A stretch of DNA of 64,000 bases, from assembly GCF_006345805.1 (NCBI RefSeq), contig NC_043004.1, positions 96,906,001 through 96,970,000 of the forward strand. The letters are read 5' to 3'. This stretch comes from Octopus sinensis (lineage: Eukaryota). Each line of letters opens with the position of its first letter. Position 1 is the stretch's first letter. The position numbers were made by a program, and so were the translations under genes. The notes below the pieces were generated by a model that saw only the letters and a list, made by a program, of their open reading frames with translations, ran no database searches and was not told the origin of the DNA. Shown here piece by piece: positions 25,681-39,221 of this stretch.

Positions 25681-26083
25681 CGTGGCTGTGTGGTAAGTAG
25701 CTTGCTTACAAACCACATGGTTCCGGGTTCAGTCCCACTGTGTGGCACCTTGGACAAGTGTCTTCTACTATAGCCTCAGGCCGACCAAAGCTTTGTGAGT
25801 GGATACAGTAGTCGGAAACTGAAAGAAGCCTGTCGCAAATATGTATATATGTATGTGTGTCTATGTTTGTGTGTCAGTGTTTGTCCCCCCTAACATCGCT
25901 TAGCAACCGATGCTGGTGTGTTTACGTCCCCGTAATTTGTGGTTCGGCAAAAGGGACCGATAGAATAAGTACTAGGCTTACAAAGAATAAGTCCTGGGGT
26001 CGATTTGCTCGACTACAGGTGGTGCTCCAGCATGGCCACAGTCAAATGACTGAAACAAGTAAAAGAGTAAAGAGAGTAAAGAG
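25681..26083 (+). mobile_element. SINE family B
   Basis: Family consensus match. Confidence 0.9.
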
Positions 26084-26194
26084 TATACTTTGAATAAAAG
26101 AGGAATGATCACTGCTAGAGGAACTTTGATCATTGTATTGCTCCATCAGAAAATACCAGGTGTCGAGCAGCAATAACAATAAATACAAAACAAC

Positions 26195-26480
26195 AACGAT
26201 GATGATGATGTTGCTCTTGATGAGAACGATTACGATGATGATGAAAACGATGACGACAACAGCGATGACGATAGTGATGACAGATGATGACGACGACAAT
26301 GATGATGAATGACGATGGCGATGGCAATGACGATGATGATGATGATGATGAAGATGTTGACGATATCGATGACTATAATGATGATATTGATGATGATGAT
26401 GATGATGATGATGTCGATGATGATAATGATAATATTGATGATGAGGATGATGATAACAATGATGGTGATGATGATGATAA
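26195..26480. repeat. (GAT/GAC)n compound microsatellite
   Basis: Low complexity. It is the source of poly-D/poly-M/poly-H ORFs. Confidence 0.9.
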
Positions 26481-27910
26481 TTCAAAATAAGTCGATTCCT
26501 TTCATTGTTAAATCCCAAAGGTACTTTTAGAATTTGGTTAACCTTAATTTGTGTAGCATATTAGAGATGAGACAAATTTCCACTCTTAATAGAAAATTAA
26601 TAACAGAATTCTCTTAATAGCTTTTGTTTCTTTCTCTATATGGGGCTCGTAACCCTCTGCATCCATTTCATTTTATTATTTGTTTTTTATTGTGTAAAAC
26701 TAAATAATTTTCAACTCCAAGCAAATAAAACAAAAATATGAATAGCAATAACAACGATATTGCTGGATTTTTGAATTGCTAATTAACTAGTAATGTTTAG
26801 AGTTGTTAATTTGTGCATTGTGTATGGGCTGGGTGCTTAATGATTCTTAAACAATTAAATTCATCTCTGAGATAATTAAAATGAGATCAAAAGCATTGAG
26901 AGGTTTCAAAATTTGAAGATATCAACCAGTTAATATCTTCATCATCTTAGTCATTATTTTTCAGAATTTTACCAAGTTTAGAAATTTTCTTCTTCAGATA
27001 TTAACTTTTGAATAAATTTTAAGGAAAATATAAAACATTATTTAATATGGTTTGGTATAAAATAATATATGTATATACATATATATGTTTATGTATTTGT
27101 TGTGTGTGTGTGTAAAGGTATACGTAGATAAATGTGTATATATGTAAGCTTGTTTTCATACACACACAACTTTTATGTATCTATGCTTGTGAATACATTC
27201 CTATACATGCAGCTGTATGATTTCACATGTGTTTTTATACACAAGTATGTATTTATGTTTATGGGTTGTATACATGCATACACACACACGCACATATTCA
27301 CCCCCACCCCGCCCCACATATATGTATGTATACACAACATATATGGAACATATATTCACTTATATTCATGCATATGTATATATAAAACTATGCATATGTA
27401 TTTTTGTATACGCACATGCATCTCAATATATACTGTTAATATACACAAAAATATATGTGTATATATAAACGCTTAAATAAGTGTTCAAGTTTTATTGAAA
27501 AAGTGAATTAAAAGGAAGTTATTTTTTTGTTTCTTATACATTTTTAGCCTTTGATTTCCCTCTTGCCTATTTTATTTATAAATTGTTTAGCATTTGATTT
27601 GTGCAGGAGAAATAACTTTTGAAGTCACTGTAAAAACAAATCCTGAACTTATGGAAAATTAAGTGAAAAATGTATAATTAAGAGCATCATAATAACCATA
27701 ATGAAGATTATGATGATGTGGATGGTGGTGGTCTTGGTGGTGATGGTGGTGATGACGACGATGATGATGATGAAAATAATAATGATAATAATAATAGTCA
27801 TCCCATTCATTTTGCCACCAGAGCTTATTAAGACATTCAACACACTTCAAACACACCTATGTAGTGAATATTATGCATTTTCACTTAAAAATATGAAAAT
27901 ATTATATATA

Positions 27911-28072
27911 GGTGCAGGAATGGCTGTGTGGTAAGTAGCTTACTTACCAACCACATGGTTCCGGGTTCCTTTCCACTACATGGCACCTTGGGCAAATGTC
28001 TTCTACTATAGCCTTGGGCCGACCAAAGCCTTGTGAGTGGATTTGGTAGACGGAAACTGAAAGAAGCCCGTC

Positions 28073-28105
<33 letters not shown>

Positions 28106-28452
28106 ATTTTAATCCAAACGGGAAACAAAAAAACAACAACAATGGAACAATTACAGTATTATTATTAATAGGCGCTCAGGAAAAGGAAGCAGATATATAT
28201 ATATATATGTATATATATGTGTGTGTGTGTATATGTATGTTTGTGTGTCTGTGTTTGTCCCCCCAACATCGCTTGACAACTGATGGTGGTGTGTTTATGT
28301 CCCCGAAACTTAACATTTCGGCAAAAGAGACTGATAGAATAAGTACTAGGCTTACAGAGAATAAGTACTGGGGGCGATTTGCTCAACTAAAGGCGGTGCT
28401 CCAGTATGGGAACAATCACATGACTGAAGCAAGTAAAAGAGAGTAAAAGAGA
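27911..28452 (+). mobile_element. SINE family B with a Penelope-like fragment (28106-28192) inside its (TA)n tract
   Basis: The SINE halves flank an insert whose reverse complement resembles 32595-32688 (TTTCCTGAGC...GTTTGGATTAA). Confidence 0.8.
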
Positions 28453-29139
28453 ATATATAGAAACACACACACATATACACATACACGTCTATATACATAC
28501 ATATACATACACATGCACATATATAATCATCATCATTATCTTCATCATCATTATCATCATCATAACCATCATGGGTTGGATGGTTTGAGAGAAGCTTGCA
28601 AACTAGAAGACTGCACTAGGTTCTATTGCCTGCTTCATCATAGTTTCTATAGCTGGGTGTCCTTCCTAATGCCTACAACTTTACAAACTCTTCTCTGTGG
28701 TCTTTATGTAGCACCAGCTGCATTGAAGTCACCAAACAACCTACAAAGACAAGACCCTCAAGTGGAAGTTAGAGAAATATAGCAGAAGGAGGCTTTGTTC
28801 TAAGAGATGAGATGTTGGAGCATGATTAAATGGACAGAAATAGACATCTTACAGAAAAGGAGATACATAGTTACCCCAGTAGGAGAGAGAAAGTGAAAGA
28901 AAGAGAGAAAGAGAGAAGAAACAGAGAGTGAAGAGAAAGAAAAGAGAGAGAAAAGAGTGAAGGGAGAGATGGTGGTGAAGATATGAAGTTGAAAATGAAC
29001 TTGGATTCATTTAGATTTTTTATTTTTAAAGACTTTACCGGTTTCACAGATTTCCCTGATTTTCAACAGTTGAGATAGAAAGACTTGTATATATATATAT
29101 ATATATATATGAATGTATGTATATGTATATATATATATA

Positions 29140-29602
29140 ATCATCGTCATCGTTGTCATTTAACATCTGATTTCTCTGGTAGCATGTGCTGGACGGTTTG
29201 ACAGGAATTGACCAGCTGAAGAGCTGCCCAGGCTTCATGTCTGTTTTGGCATGGTTTCTATGACTGAACACCCTTCCTAACACCACCTACATTCCAGTGT
29301 GTACTGAGTGCTTTGATGTAGCACCAGCATGAGTGTGATTACGTGGCACCAGTATGGGTGTTTTTTACCTGGAAGTAGCACCAATGAACCCACAAGATTA
29401 GGAATGCTCAGCCGGAGAGGGATGCAGGGAAATGCCATTATGCAAGGACAAATACGATTTTACTTAGCCTGATATGTCTTCACAAGCACAGCAAACCAAC
29501 AGAAGTCTCATTCCTCAGTCATCCTCTCTGTGAGGCCCAACATCTGAAGGTCCTTTCTCACTACTTCATTCGATGCCTTCCTGGATCAACCCCATCCACA
29601 CA
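29140..29602 (-). mobile_element. Older RTE 3' fragment including the ORF C-terminus
   Basis: Decayed terminus (CCCTTCCTAA) plus a remnant similar to the CGRG.PRK...DL..LGLT..MT end of the 33-kb element. Confidence 0.65.
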
Positions 29603-31311
29603 TCCACACACACACACAGAAATGTGTGTGTGTGATGAATCCAGTCAAATCAATATGTTAAAAAATTACCAGTTTTCAAACAAAATCATTTTTTAAAAAT
29701 CTTTTAATCAAGAATAAAGACAGTGCCTGTTACAGACCCTCTGAGAAATTTGGGTAAAAGGAATCCTCAAATGGGAAATGTAGCCTGAATTCTTGCAGTA
29801 TAGTGGACTTAGCCAATGACAACCTAATTGTCAAGTGATGACAATTAAACCAGGCAATTGCTTATGTTTGCCACCCAAGTAGGTTGTGATTGAGTTTGAA
29901 TTCAGGAAGCAAAGATTAAGAAGAAATATGGCAAACCATCGGGTATAACGTTTTACAATTTTTCCAATCAACCACTTTATATTGGTATCTTCTGACTGAT
30001 CTTGAAAGATGAAAGACAAAGTTTAACCTTGGTGTGATATGAACTCAGACCACAGGGAGTCAGAGCAAATATTCCAATGCTCTAATGGTTCTGAAAAGAT
30101 ATTTGGCAAAATTTTGCAGTTTGAAAGTTCAATTCTCATAAACACTCTCCATACTGATTTTGATATAAATTTACTTTCCATATTTCAGATGAACACACTA
30201 TTCCATCTCACGGAAATAATTCTGCATGAGATTTAGAAACTGTTAAATGAACTCTTACTGATAAAATATTTTCCTGCTATCTCTGCTAGACACTAACTTG
30301 ATCCCTGTAGACAATGTATTTATGTTGTCTATTTCCAGACATTTTGGATTTAATCATATTTCTGTAGAGACCGATAATGCATATTGATTGTTCATTTCTT
30401 TATATGAGTGCACAGTTTTCACTCTTCTGTTTAACTGTGCTTTTGTCGCTTGCCGGTCACATTTATTGAACATATATTCTGTGAAAGCGTCATGATCTAT
30501 AATATTTCTTCTCGGAGCATAATTAAATAATTTTAATATTGGAATCGTTATTCTTGTCATCCTCCTTCTCGTTATTCTTATTCATTTTAATATTATCTCA
30601 AACATAACAAACTGATCATTCTAACGAAATGATTGAATGGAGCAAAAGATTACCAATATCTCTAAAGAAATTTTAAGAGAATGATTGTTAATAAAATTTA
30701 ATTAGTTAAGCACTTTTTAATAAGTTAAGAAATATACAGAAATGAAGACAAACAGCAACATACACAAATAATAAAAAACATCATGTTAATAATTCAGTAT
30801 TTTTTACATCAAATTTGCAAAAAGAAATTATTTGCATGAACTTTCAATAAGCTTGAATAAAATTAAAATATAGTGTATGTAAAAATTTAAGTTCTGACTT
30901 GCAGAGGTTCTCCTAGCAATTGTCTTTCATTGAATTTTCTTCTAAAATCAAATTTTATAAGAACCTGCATAAAATTGCTGCTCCAAAAGTTAAGTTGTTG
31001 ATTGGTCAACAAAATTCGTATTGCAGTGCTCTTGACTTGTATGGTCCAAATGTTAACATTGTAAGTTGTCTAAACCAGCAACACTTGAAGTTTGCAGAAA
31101 ATGAAAAAAATTATGACCTTTCACAGATATTTAGAAAAGTGAAACGAAGAATGATATTAGTGTTTTGTATGATTTGTTTATAGGCTATGTCGTTCTTTAC
31201 ATGAATGCTAATTTACAGAATTAAAGTGAAAACTATAAACTGCACAGAACAAGTGCTGCTTCACTAAGGTGTCACATGTATGCATGTATATTAACATCAA
31301 TGTGTATTTAG

Positions 31312-31700
31312 AACAACTGTGTCATTCTAGACTACAGAAAAATTACCAGTGTTATTCCCCTGTTCAAAACAGGTGTTTGCACATCACCTGTCAACTACCG
31401 TCCAGTCAGCCTTACTAGCTGCATCACCAAACTGATGGAGTCCTGAGTCAGAGAAACACTCTGGAACTTTTGGAGCTCTCACAGCCTTATTCGACCATCA
31501 CAATTTGGTTTTATCTCCAACTCCAGCTACTGTAGTCAATTTCTCGAGTTTCTTGAGGACATCACCTGAGTTACTGGTGGCAGTTTATAGGTGGATGCTG
31601 TCTACCTTGATTTTGCTAAAACCTTCAACTCTATGTCATACATACGACTCATGGTAAAAATCACTGCAATGAATGTGAAGGATGATCTCTATAACTGGCT
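31312..31700 (+). pseudogene. CR1-clade reverse transcriptase fragment (domains 0-3)
   Basis: One frame with stops: SVIPLFKTG...NYRPVSLTSCITKLMES*...QFGF...VDAVYLDFAKTFNS...LYNWL. It is absent from the ORF track because of the stops. Confidence 0.85.
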
Positions 31701-31789
31701 GAATATTAAGTCTAACATTTTCTTTTAATCCAACTTATTAAAATAATCACCACTTACTAGCCAATTATGATTATATATATTAATGCAAA

Positions 31790-31832
<43 letters not shown>

Positions 31833-32488
31833 GCAAATGTAAAAGAATCTCTATATTTTCTATAACTTTATAAGATACAAATGCTTTATTGAGGTCATTT
31901 AGTTAATTGTAAAAAGGGTATTGGTTTAGTTTTCTTGATACAAGGTCAGAATGCCAAGTAGTAGTAGGCAACCTCTAAGACATTATTAATCTATAATCCC
32001 CCTACCACTTTAACTTCAACATGAATAACTTTTGACATTTATTTTACCCCTCCCTATATCTATAGAAAAACTCTCTTGCCATTCAACCAAATATCCCTCC
32101 CTCCTCACTAGCAGATCCAAATAACTAAAAGAAAAATCTACAGTCAGAAGATAAATTCTAAAACTATGATGTTCTTAAGAATCAAATCAACCTCTCTGTC
32201 TGTTTATCTACCATCTTTATAATGTTAGCAATTGACATGGAAATAAGTATATGTATTGATGGAAAACCTCTATGAATGGCTGAAGATTGCTCAACATTTT
32301 AAAACTGATGTAATACTTACAATGTTTAATAAGATGTTATAGCATGAAACGATTGTACCAAATTACCAAAGATATTCTTGTTGCTTACTTTGATTATAAT
32401 CACCCTATGGATTTATATGGATAATACCGTACAAAATTCAGGTGCATCTGACTTAAGTACTATATTCGTTTGAATCTAAATTTAGCTT

Positions 32489-32687
32489 TGGCCGCATCTG
32501 TACGGTTGGCAATTTTTTTCCTCGGTCTTCCCTTCATTGGATCTTTCCTTTTCCTATGTTTCTGATGAAGAGCTCTGCTCGAAACGTTAAACCCTCCTTC
32601 TTTCCTGAGCATCTAATAACATTATACTTGTTCCACGTCCTCAAGTTGTTGTGTTTTCTCTTTGTGTTTTCATGTTTGGATTAACTT

Positions 32688-32688
<1 letters not shown>
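32489..32688 (+). mobile_element. Penelope-like terminal repeat fragment
   Basis: Contains a minimal hammerhead motif and ends at (TA)n. It is homologous to 28106-28192. Confidence 0.6.
32558..32592 (+). ncRNA. Minimal type I hammerhead ribozyme motif
   Basis: GTTT CTGATGA A GAGC TCT GCTC GAAA CGT T AAAC. The CUGAUGA/GAAA core is intact, with stem II GAGC/GCTC, palindromic stem III AACGTT and stem I GTTT/AAAC. Confidence 0.65.
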
Positions 32689-32720
<32 letters not shown>

Positions 32721-32724
32721 GTAT

Positions 32725-35288
32725 ATCATCATCATCATCATCATCATCATTTAGCATCCGTTTTCCATGCTACCATGGGTTGGACGGTTCAACTGGGGTC
32801 TGTGAAGCCAGAAGGCTGCATCAGGCCCAGTCTGATCTGGCAGTGTTTCTACGGCTGGATGCCCTTCCTAACGCCAACCACTCTGCGAGTATAGTGGATG
32901 CTTTTTACGTGCCACCCGCACAGGAGCCAGACGGAGCTGGTAAATGGACACGAACAGATGGTGCTTTTACGTGCAACCGGCATGGAGGCCAGTCGGGGCG
33001 GTGCTGGCAATGGCCACGAATGGATGGTGCTTTTTACGTACCTCCGGCACGGGGGCCAGGTGAGGCTGGCAACAGCCACGAACGGATGGTGCTTTTTATG
33101 TGTCACCGGCACGGAGGCCAGTCGGGGCGGCGCTGGCAACGGCCACGATCGGATGGTTTGCTTACTTGTCACCGGCACTGGTATCACAGCCGCAATTTCC
33201 ATTGATGTTGATCAACTTCGATTTTGGTTCTGCTTTCTGATATCTGATTTGATTTGGTTTGATTTGATTTTGATTTTGATTTTCACTTGCCTCAATGGGT
33301 CTTCACAAGTGGAGTTTTGTGTCCCAAAAAGGAAAGGTATGTATAAGTCGACTGGCCACATACCAGGTAGAGGCTACAGGTTATGGTCTCACTAGTCTTG
33401 CCGGGTCTTCTCACGCACAGCATACTTCCATAGGTCTCGGTCTCTAGTCATTTCCTTGGTGAGACCTAAAGTGCGAAGGTCGTGCTTCACCACCACGTCC
33501 CAGGTTTTCCTGGGTCTACCTCTTCCACAGGTTCCCTCAACTGCTAGGGTGTAGCACTTTTGCACACAACTATCTTCAGCCATTCTCGTCACATGACCAT
33601 ACCAGCGCAAACGTCTCTCTTGCACACCACAACTGATGCTTCTTAGGTCCAACTTTTCTCTCAAGGTACTTACACTCTGTCGATTATGAACACTGACATT
33701 ACACATCCATCGGAGCATACTGGCTTCATTTCTTGCGAGCTTATGCATATCCTCAGCAGTCACGGCCCATGTTTCACTACCATGTAGCATGGCTGTACGT
33801 ACACATGCATCATACAGTCTGCCTTTTACTCTGAGCGAGAGGCCTTTTGTCACCAGCAGGGGTTAGAGCTCTCTAAACTTTGCCCAGGCTATTCTTACTC
33901 TAGCAGTTACACTTTCAGCACACCCACCCCCGCTACTGACTTGGTCTCCTAGGTAGCGGAAGCTTTCAACTACTTCTAGTTTGTCTCCCTGGAACGTGGT
34001 AAAAGTTGGTCTCTGCACATTTCCAGTGTTTATTGCTCCTGTGGCAGATGCCACAGACAAAAACTATTTTCCTAGTTAGCCTTCCTTTGACATTGCTGCA
34101 CCTCTTATGTGTCCATAGCTTACACTTGGTGCACCTTATAGAGTTTCTACCTACACCTTTTTTACAGATCGAGCAGGGCCATCTACCTGAAGTCGTTTGT
34201 GATTGGTCTACCTTCCTACTTATTAGGACTTTGGTTTTGGCTAGGTTGATTCTAAGGCCCTTCGATTCTAATCCTTGCTTCCACACCTGAAACTTCTCCT
34301 CCAGTTCTGATAGTGACTAAGCAATTAGAGCAAGGTCATCAGCATAGAGGAGCTCCCAAGGGCATCCTGTCTTGAATTCCTCCGTTATTGCCTGGAGGAC
34401 TATGATAAATAGGAGGGGACTGAGGACTGAACCTTGGTGGACCCCAACCTCTACCCGGAATTCTTCACTGTACTCGTTGCCAACCCTCACCTTACTAGCA
34501 GCGTCTCTGTACATGGCTCGCACAGCTCTCACTAACCATTCATCTATCCCTAGTTTCCTCATTGACCACCAGATAAGGGATCGGGGGACCCTGTCAAAGG
34601 CGTTCTTCATGTCAACAAAAGCCAGGTACAAGGGCTTATCTTTGGCTAGGTATTTCTCTTGCAGCTGTCTTACCAGGAATATAGCATCAGTAGTACTTTT
34701 CCTTGGCATGAACCCAAACTGCATCTCATCTAAGCTAACTCTTTCTCTAATAAGTTGGGCTATAACCCTCTCCGTAACCTTCATTACCTGATCCAGCAGC
34801 TTGATACCCCTGTAGTTATTTGTATCTAGGGCGTCACCTTTACCTTTGTAGCAGTTGACTAGTATGCTGCTACACCAGTCATTGGGTGTGACTCCTTCGT
34901 GTATCACCTTGTTAACTATACGGGTGACTAGGCTATAGCCGACACTACCAGATATTTTGAGCATCTCTGCAGTAATTCCTGATGGGCCTGGGGCTTTTCT
35001 TGTTTTCATGCTTGTAATTGCCTTAACTACTAAGGAACTGTCAACTCGGATTGTTGGTCCCTCTGTTGGGTCGACATTCGGCAGACTCTCTTTATCCCAT
35101 TCATTTTCCTGATTCAGCAACCTTTCATAGTGGCATCTCCAAACCTCTCTCTTTGTATCCTCATTTAGTGCAAGTGAACCGTCATCCTTGCGAACACATT
35201 TCTCTCCTAGCACGTCACGATTCTCTCTCACACACTGTCTTGCAACGCGAAATACCTCAAGTCTTTCATCCTCATGGCGCAGAACATT
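32725..35288 (-). mobile_element. 5'-truncated RTE-clade LINE inserted in (TA)n
   Basis: RT motifs KAPGP, NYRGIKLL, QFGF, FVD.K.AFD, GVHQGSVLSP, YADD and FRYLG, with RTE C-terminal RLRWYGHV and RGRPRKTW. The 3' UTR has tandem units and a (GAT)n tail, and TA tracts lie at both ends. Confidence 0.95.
33392..35288 (-). pseudogene. RTE ORF (RT plus inserted PHD finger plus C-terminal region), disrupted
   Basis: The four listed ORFs join through an in-frame stop at 34317-34319, a frameshift near 34045 and an in-frame stop at 33863-33865. Confidence 0.92.
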
Positions 35289-35311
35289 ATATATATATAT
35301 ATATACATATA

Positions 35312-35710
35312 TAGGCTCAGACATGGCTGTGTGGTAAGTAGCTTGCTTACTAACCTCATGGTTCTGGGTTCAGTCCCACTGCATGACACCTTGGGCAAAT
35401 GTCTTCTGCTATAGTCCCAGGCCGACTCAAGCTTTGTTAGTGGATTTGGTAGGCGGAAACTGAAAAAAGCCCGTCATATATATGTGTGAGTGCGTCTTCG
35501 TGTGTGTGCATGTGTATGTGTTTTTCCTCACCATGACCACCACCACTTGATAACCAGTGCCGATTTGTTTATCTCTCCATGACCTAGTGGTTTGATAAAA
35601 AGAGATTGACAGATTAAGTACCAGGCTTAAAACAAAGAGGACTCGGTTTGATTCATTCAACTAAAATTCTTCAGAGAAGTGCCCCAGCATGGCCACAGAC
35701 TGGAGCAAAT
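35312..35710 (+). mobile_element. SINE family B, older subfamily
   Basis: Degenerate but collinear with family B. Confidence 0.8.
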
Positions 35711-35789
35711 AAATAATGGAAAAGAGGATAAAAAATAAAACATAATATGTTGATATAGGAATTATTACTTTGTTTTCAGTGTGATCAAT

Positions 35790-36007
35790 ACTCTTTTACT
35801 CTTTTTTTACTCTTTTACTTGTTTTAGTCATTTGACTGTGGCCATGCTGGAGCACCACCTTTAGTCGAGCAAATCGACCCCAGGACTTATTCTTTGTAAG
35901 CCTAGTACTTATTCTAATGGTTGCTTTTGCCGAACTGTTAAGTTATGGAGATGTAACCACACCAGCATCAGTTGTCAAGCGATGTTGGCGAGACAAACAC
36001 AGACACA

Positions 36008-36049
<42 letters not shown>

Positions 36050-36505
36050 AAATGGGAAGGTTTACGAAAATAAACAAAAGACGAAGGCAGGTGGAGTACA
36101 AACAAACAATTGTATTAATATGGTGCTCAGAAATAGAAATAAAAGAAGTCTTTTACGTTTCGAGCCTACGCTCTTCAACAGAAAGATACACGGAAAAGAA
36201 ACAAGGAGAGATAAAAATGCATGCAGGAGCTAACAATTAAATATGAAATGAATGTAAAAAATAAAGATAATATATGAGAAAATAAAATGAACAGGACAGT
36301 TTATACGAACAAGTTCAAGGTTGAAAGTTCAAGGTTAAAAATATATAGACGTCGTGATATATATATACATATATAAAATAGGTTTCTTTCAGTTTCCATC
36401 TACCAAATCCACTCACAAGGCTTTGGTCGGCCTAAGACTTTAGAAGATACTTGCCCAAGGTGCCATGCAGTGGGACTGAACCCAGAACCATGTCGTTTGA
36501 AAGCC
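35790..36505 (-). mobile_element. SINE family B interrupted by a Penelope-like fragment
   Basis: The 3' half (35790-36040) and 5' half (36380-36505) flank the insert. Confidence 0.85.
36049..36357 (-). mobile_element. Penelope-like fragment with hammerhead-like motif (36149-36186)
   Basis: The minus strand reads TCTTT CTGTTGA A GAGC GTAG GCTC GAAA CGT A AAAGA. It is flanked by (TA)n on both sides. Confidence 0.6.
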
Positions 36506-36744
36506 AGCTATAGTCAACTTTTTGTCATGGGAGAAGCCCAAATCACCATTTTCAGATGTAAGGCTTTTGCTATTTCATCGTTTTCTAAGTGAAAAGACTG
36601 TCATTAGAGGCACCTTTGTTGATAAAAATTTCAAGTGATTATTGATGCCCATCCATCTCTCTCTGGCTCTAATATCATTTCCTCTTCACCCATGGTGGTG
36701 GCACATAAGAGGCACTAGCTCCAATGAAACATTAGAAGCACTAA

Positions 36745-36985
36745 TGCTGGTGACACATAAAAGGCACTCATGCCACTAACACATGAAAGGGTACCTGTGT
36801 CAGTGATACATAAAAAGCATGCAGCATGGTCTGTAAATTGGTTGGTGTTAGGAAGGGCATCCAGCCATAAAACCCAAGCCAAAAGAGATGACTGGAGCCT
36901 GGTGCAGTTCTCTGATTTACAAGCTCCGGTCAAACTGTCACCTCATGCCAGCATGAAAAATAGATGCTAAATAGTGAAGATGATG
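36745..36985 (+). mobile_element. Older RTE 3' fragment
   Basis: GGTGTTAGGAAGGGCATCCAGCC...CATGCCAGCATG followed by a GAT tail. Confidence 0.75.
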
Positions 36986-37059
36986 TATGTGTATTGCATA
37001 CCAGGCTCCAGTTATCTGCTTCAGCTTCGTTTCTTTGGATGGATGCCCTTCTTAATACC

Positions 37060-37293
37060 TATTTCTTTACTACCCACAAGGGGCTAAACACAGAGGGGAC
37101 AAACAAGGACAGACATAGGTATTAAGTCGATTACCTCGACTCCAATGCGTAACTGGTACTTAATTTATCGACCCCGAACGGATGAAAGGCAAAGTCAACC
37201 TCAGTGGAATTTGAACTCACAATATAACGCAGACGAAACACCACTAAGCATTTCGCCCGGTGTGCTAACGTTTCTGCCAGCTCGCCGCCTTAA
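37060..37293 (-). mobile_element. SINE family A, tail type 2, inserted in a minus-strand RTE 3' relic
   Basis: Perfect 17-bp TSD ATGCCCTTCTTAATACC at 37043-37059 and 37294-37310. Confidence 0.92.
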
Positions 37294-38053
37294 ATGCCCT
37301 TCTTAATACCAACCGCTGTACAGATTGTACTGGGTGTCTTTTACATATCACCAGCACCTAAGTATATTACATATGGTAAAAGAATAGAATTAAAAAAGAA
37401 GATAATGGCTATAATAGGTAGAACACCTTTAATCACAGGTTTTTTTGTTCAGGGTTGACAGAGCAAAACAACAACAACAACAACAAATTCACTGCAGTTT
37501 CTTCTACTCTTAAGACAGAAGACTCCAAAAAGAAAATTGTTGAGTTTATTTCCAAAGATATTCCCAATATCCAGTTGTCAATCATTGATAGATCCACAGT
37601 GAAATCACTAACAAATTTATACTAAATATTCAGTACAAATCATTTTATAAACATACAAGATGTGTATATAGAATTTTTCATGTAAAAAAGATGGATACAT
37701 GATTTTTTGATATAAGTATTTCTTCTCAGGCCATGAAATATCAGAATTCATATGTACACTCATAACTTGAAAGTAAAAAATATAGCAGCTTGGAAAGTCT
37801 GTTCCGTTATGTTGGAAAGTCTAAGATATAAAATGTAGAGCTCTATCAGATTGAAATTCTTCACCTTATAAAGGAATATGAACGATAACAACATTGCCTT
37901 CCTTCTAAAAGTACTCAAACATAGGAATATTATTTATATTATTTAGGAATATATCTCCATATATTTTAGTACATGTATGTGTGTGTGTGTGTGTGTATAT
38001 ATACATATATGTGTGTGTATTCATGAGTATATATGTATTTACATAAATATAAT

Positions 38054-38099
<46 letters not shown>

Positions 38100-38186
38100 T
38101 ATAATGTAAGTTATTGTCTTAAACCAAAATGAATTGAATGTCAGAATATGAAAACCATACAATAGCTTACAAAAATAAAATTATAC

Positions 38187-38231
<45 letters not shown>

Positions 38232-38386
38232 TGTATATATATATATGTGTATTTATATATATGTATGTATATTTATGTATGTATATATATATGTATGTAT
38301 ATATAAATGTATGTATATGTGTATATATATATGTATATATATATGTATATATATATATATATGTGTATTATATATATGTATATATG

Positions 38387-38417
<31 letters not shown>

Positions 38418-39028
38418 GTGTATATTTATATATATGTATATATATATGTATATATATTTGTATATATTATACATACATACAAACATACATGCATAGATAT
38501 ATATGTATGAGTTGCGACAATGTAAAAACAATATATTAAAACAACAATGACATCATCAAAAACCATAAAATGACAAACAAGTACCATAATACCAATAACA
38601 GCTTCAAAAAAAACAAAAGACAATCACATAAAGAAAAATAACAAGTTAATTATCTCAGGCTGCTTGTTAGAATGTTATGAAGAATTGAAATATATATATT
38701 AATTACAAAGAGTCGACAGAATCCCCCCTCCCCCAAAATAACAAAACAAATGAACGTTGTAATAAATAAAAATGCAAAAAAAAAAAATTAAATGAATAGA
38801 AACAACAAGAAGAACAACAAGCAGTCAAAAACAATAATAAAACATACCTAATAACAATATTAAAAAAAAAACATGAGATAAATAAAATGAACAACATTTT
38901 CACAACAACAACGACAACGAAATAGAGAAGAGAAGAGACATGATGAAACATATTGATACCACTCAATATTTATAATGATATTGGATTGCTATTAGAGACA
39001 TAAATCTGTGTATGAGTGTGTGTGTGTG

Positions 39029-39142
<114 letters not shown>

Positions 39143-39221
39143 TAATGTATATATATTATATATATATGTATATATATATATATATATATATGTGTATATA
39201 TATATATATATATGTGTATAT

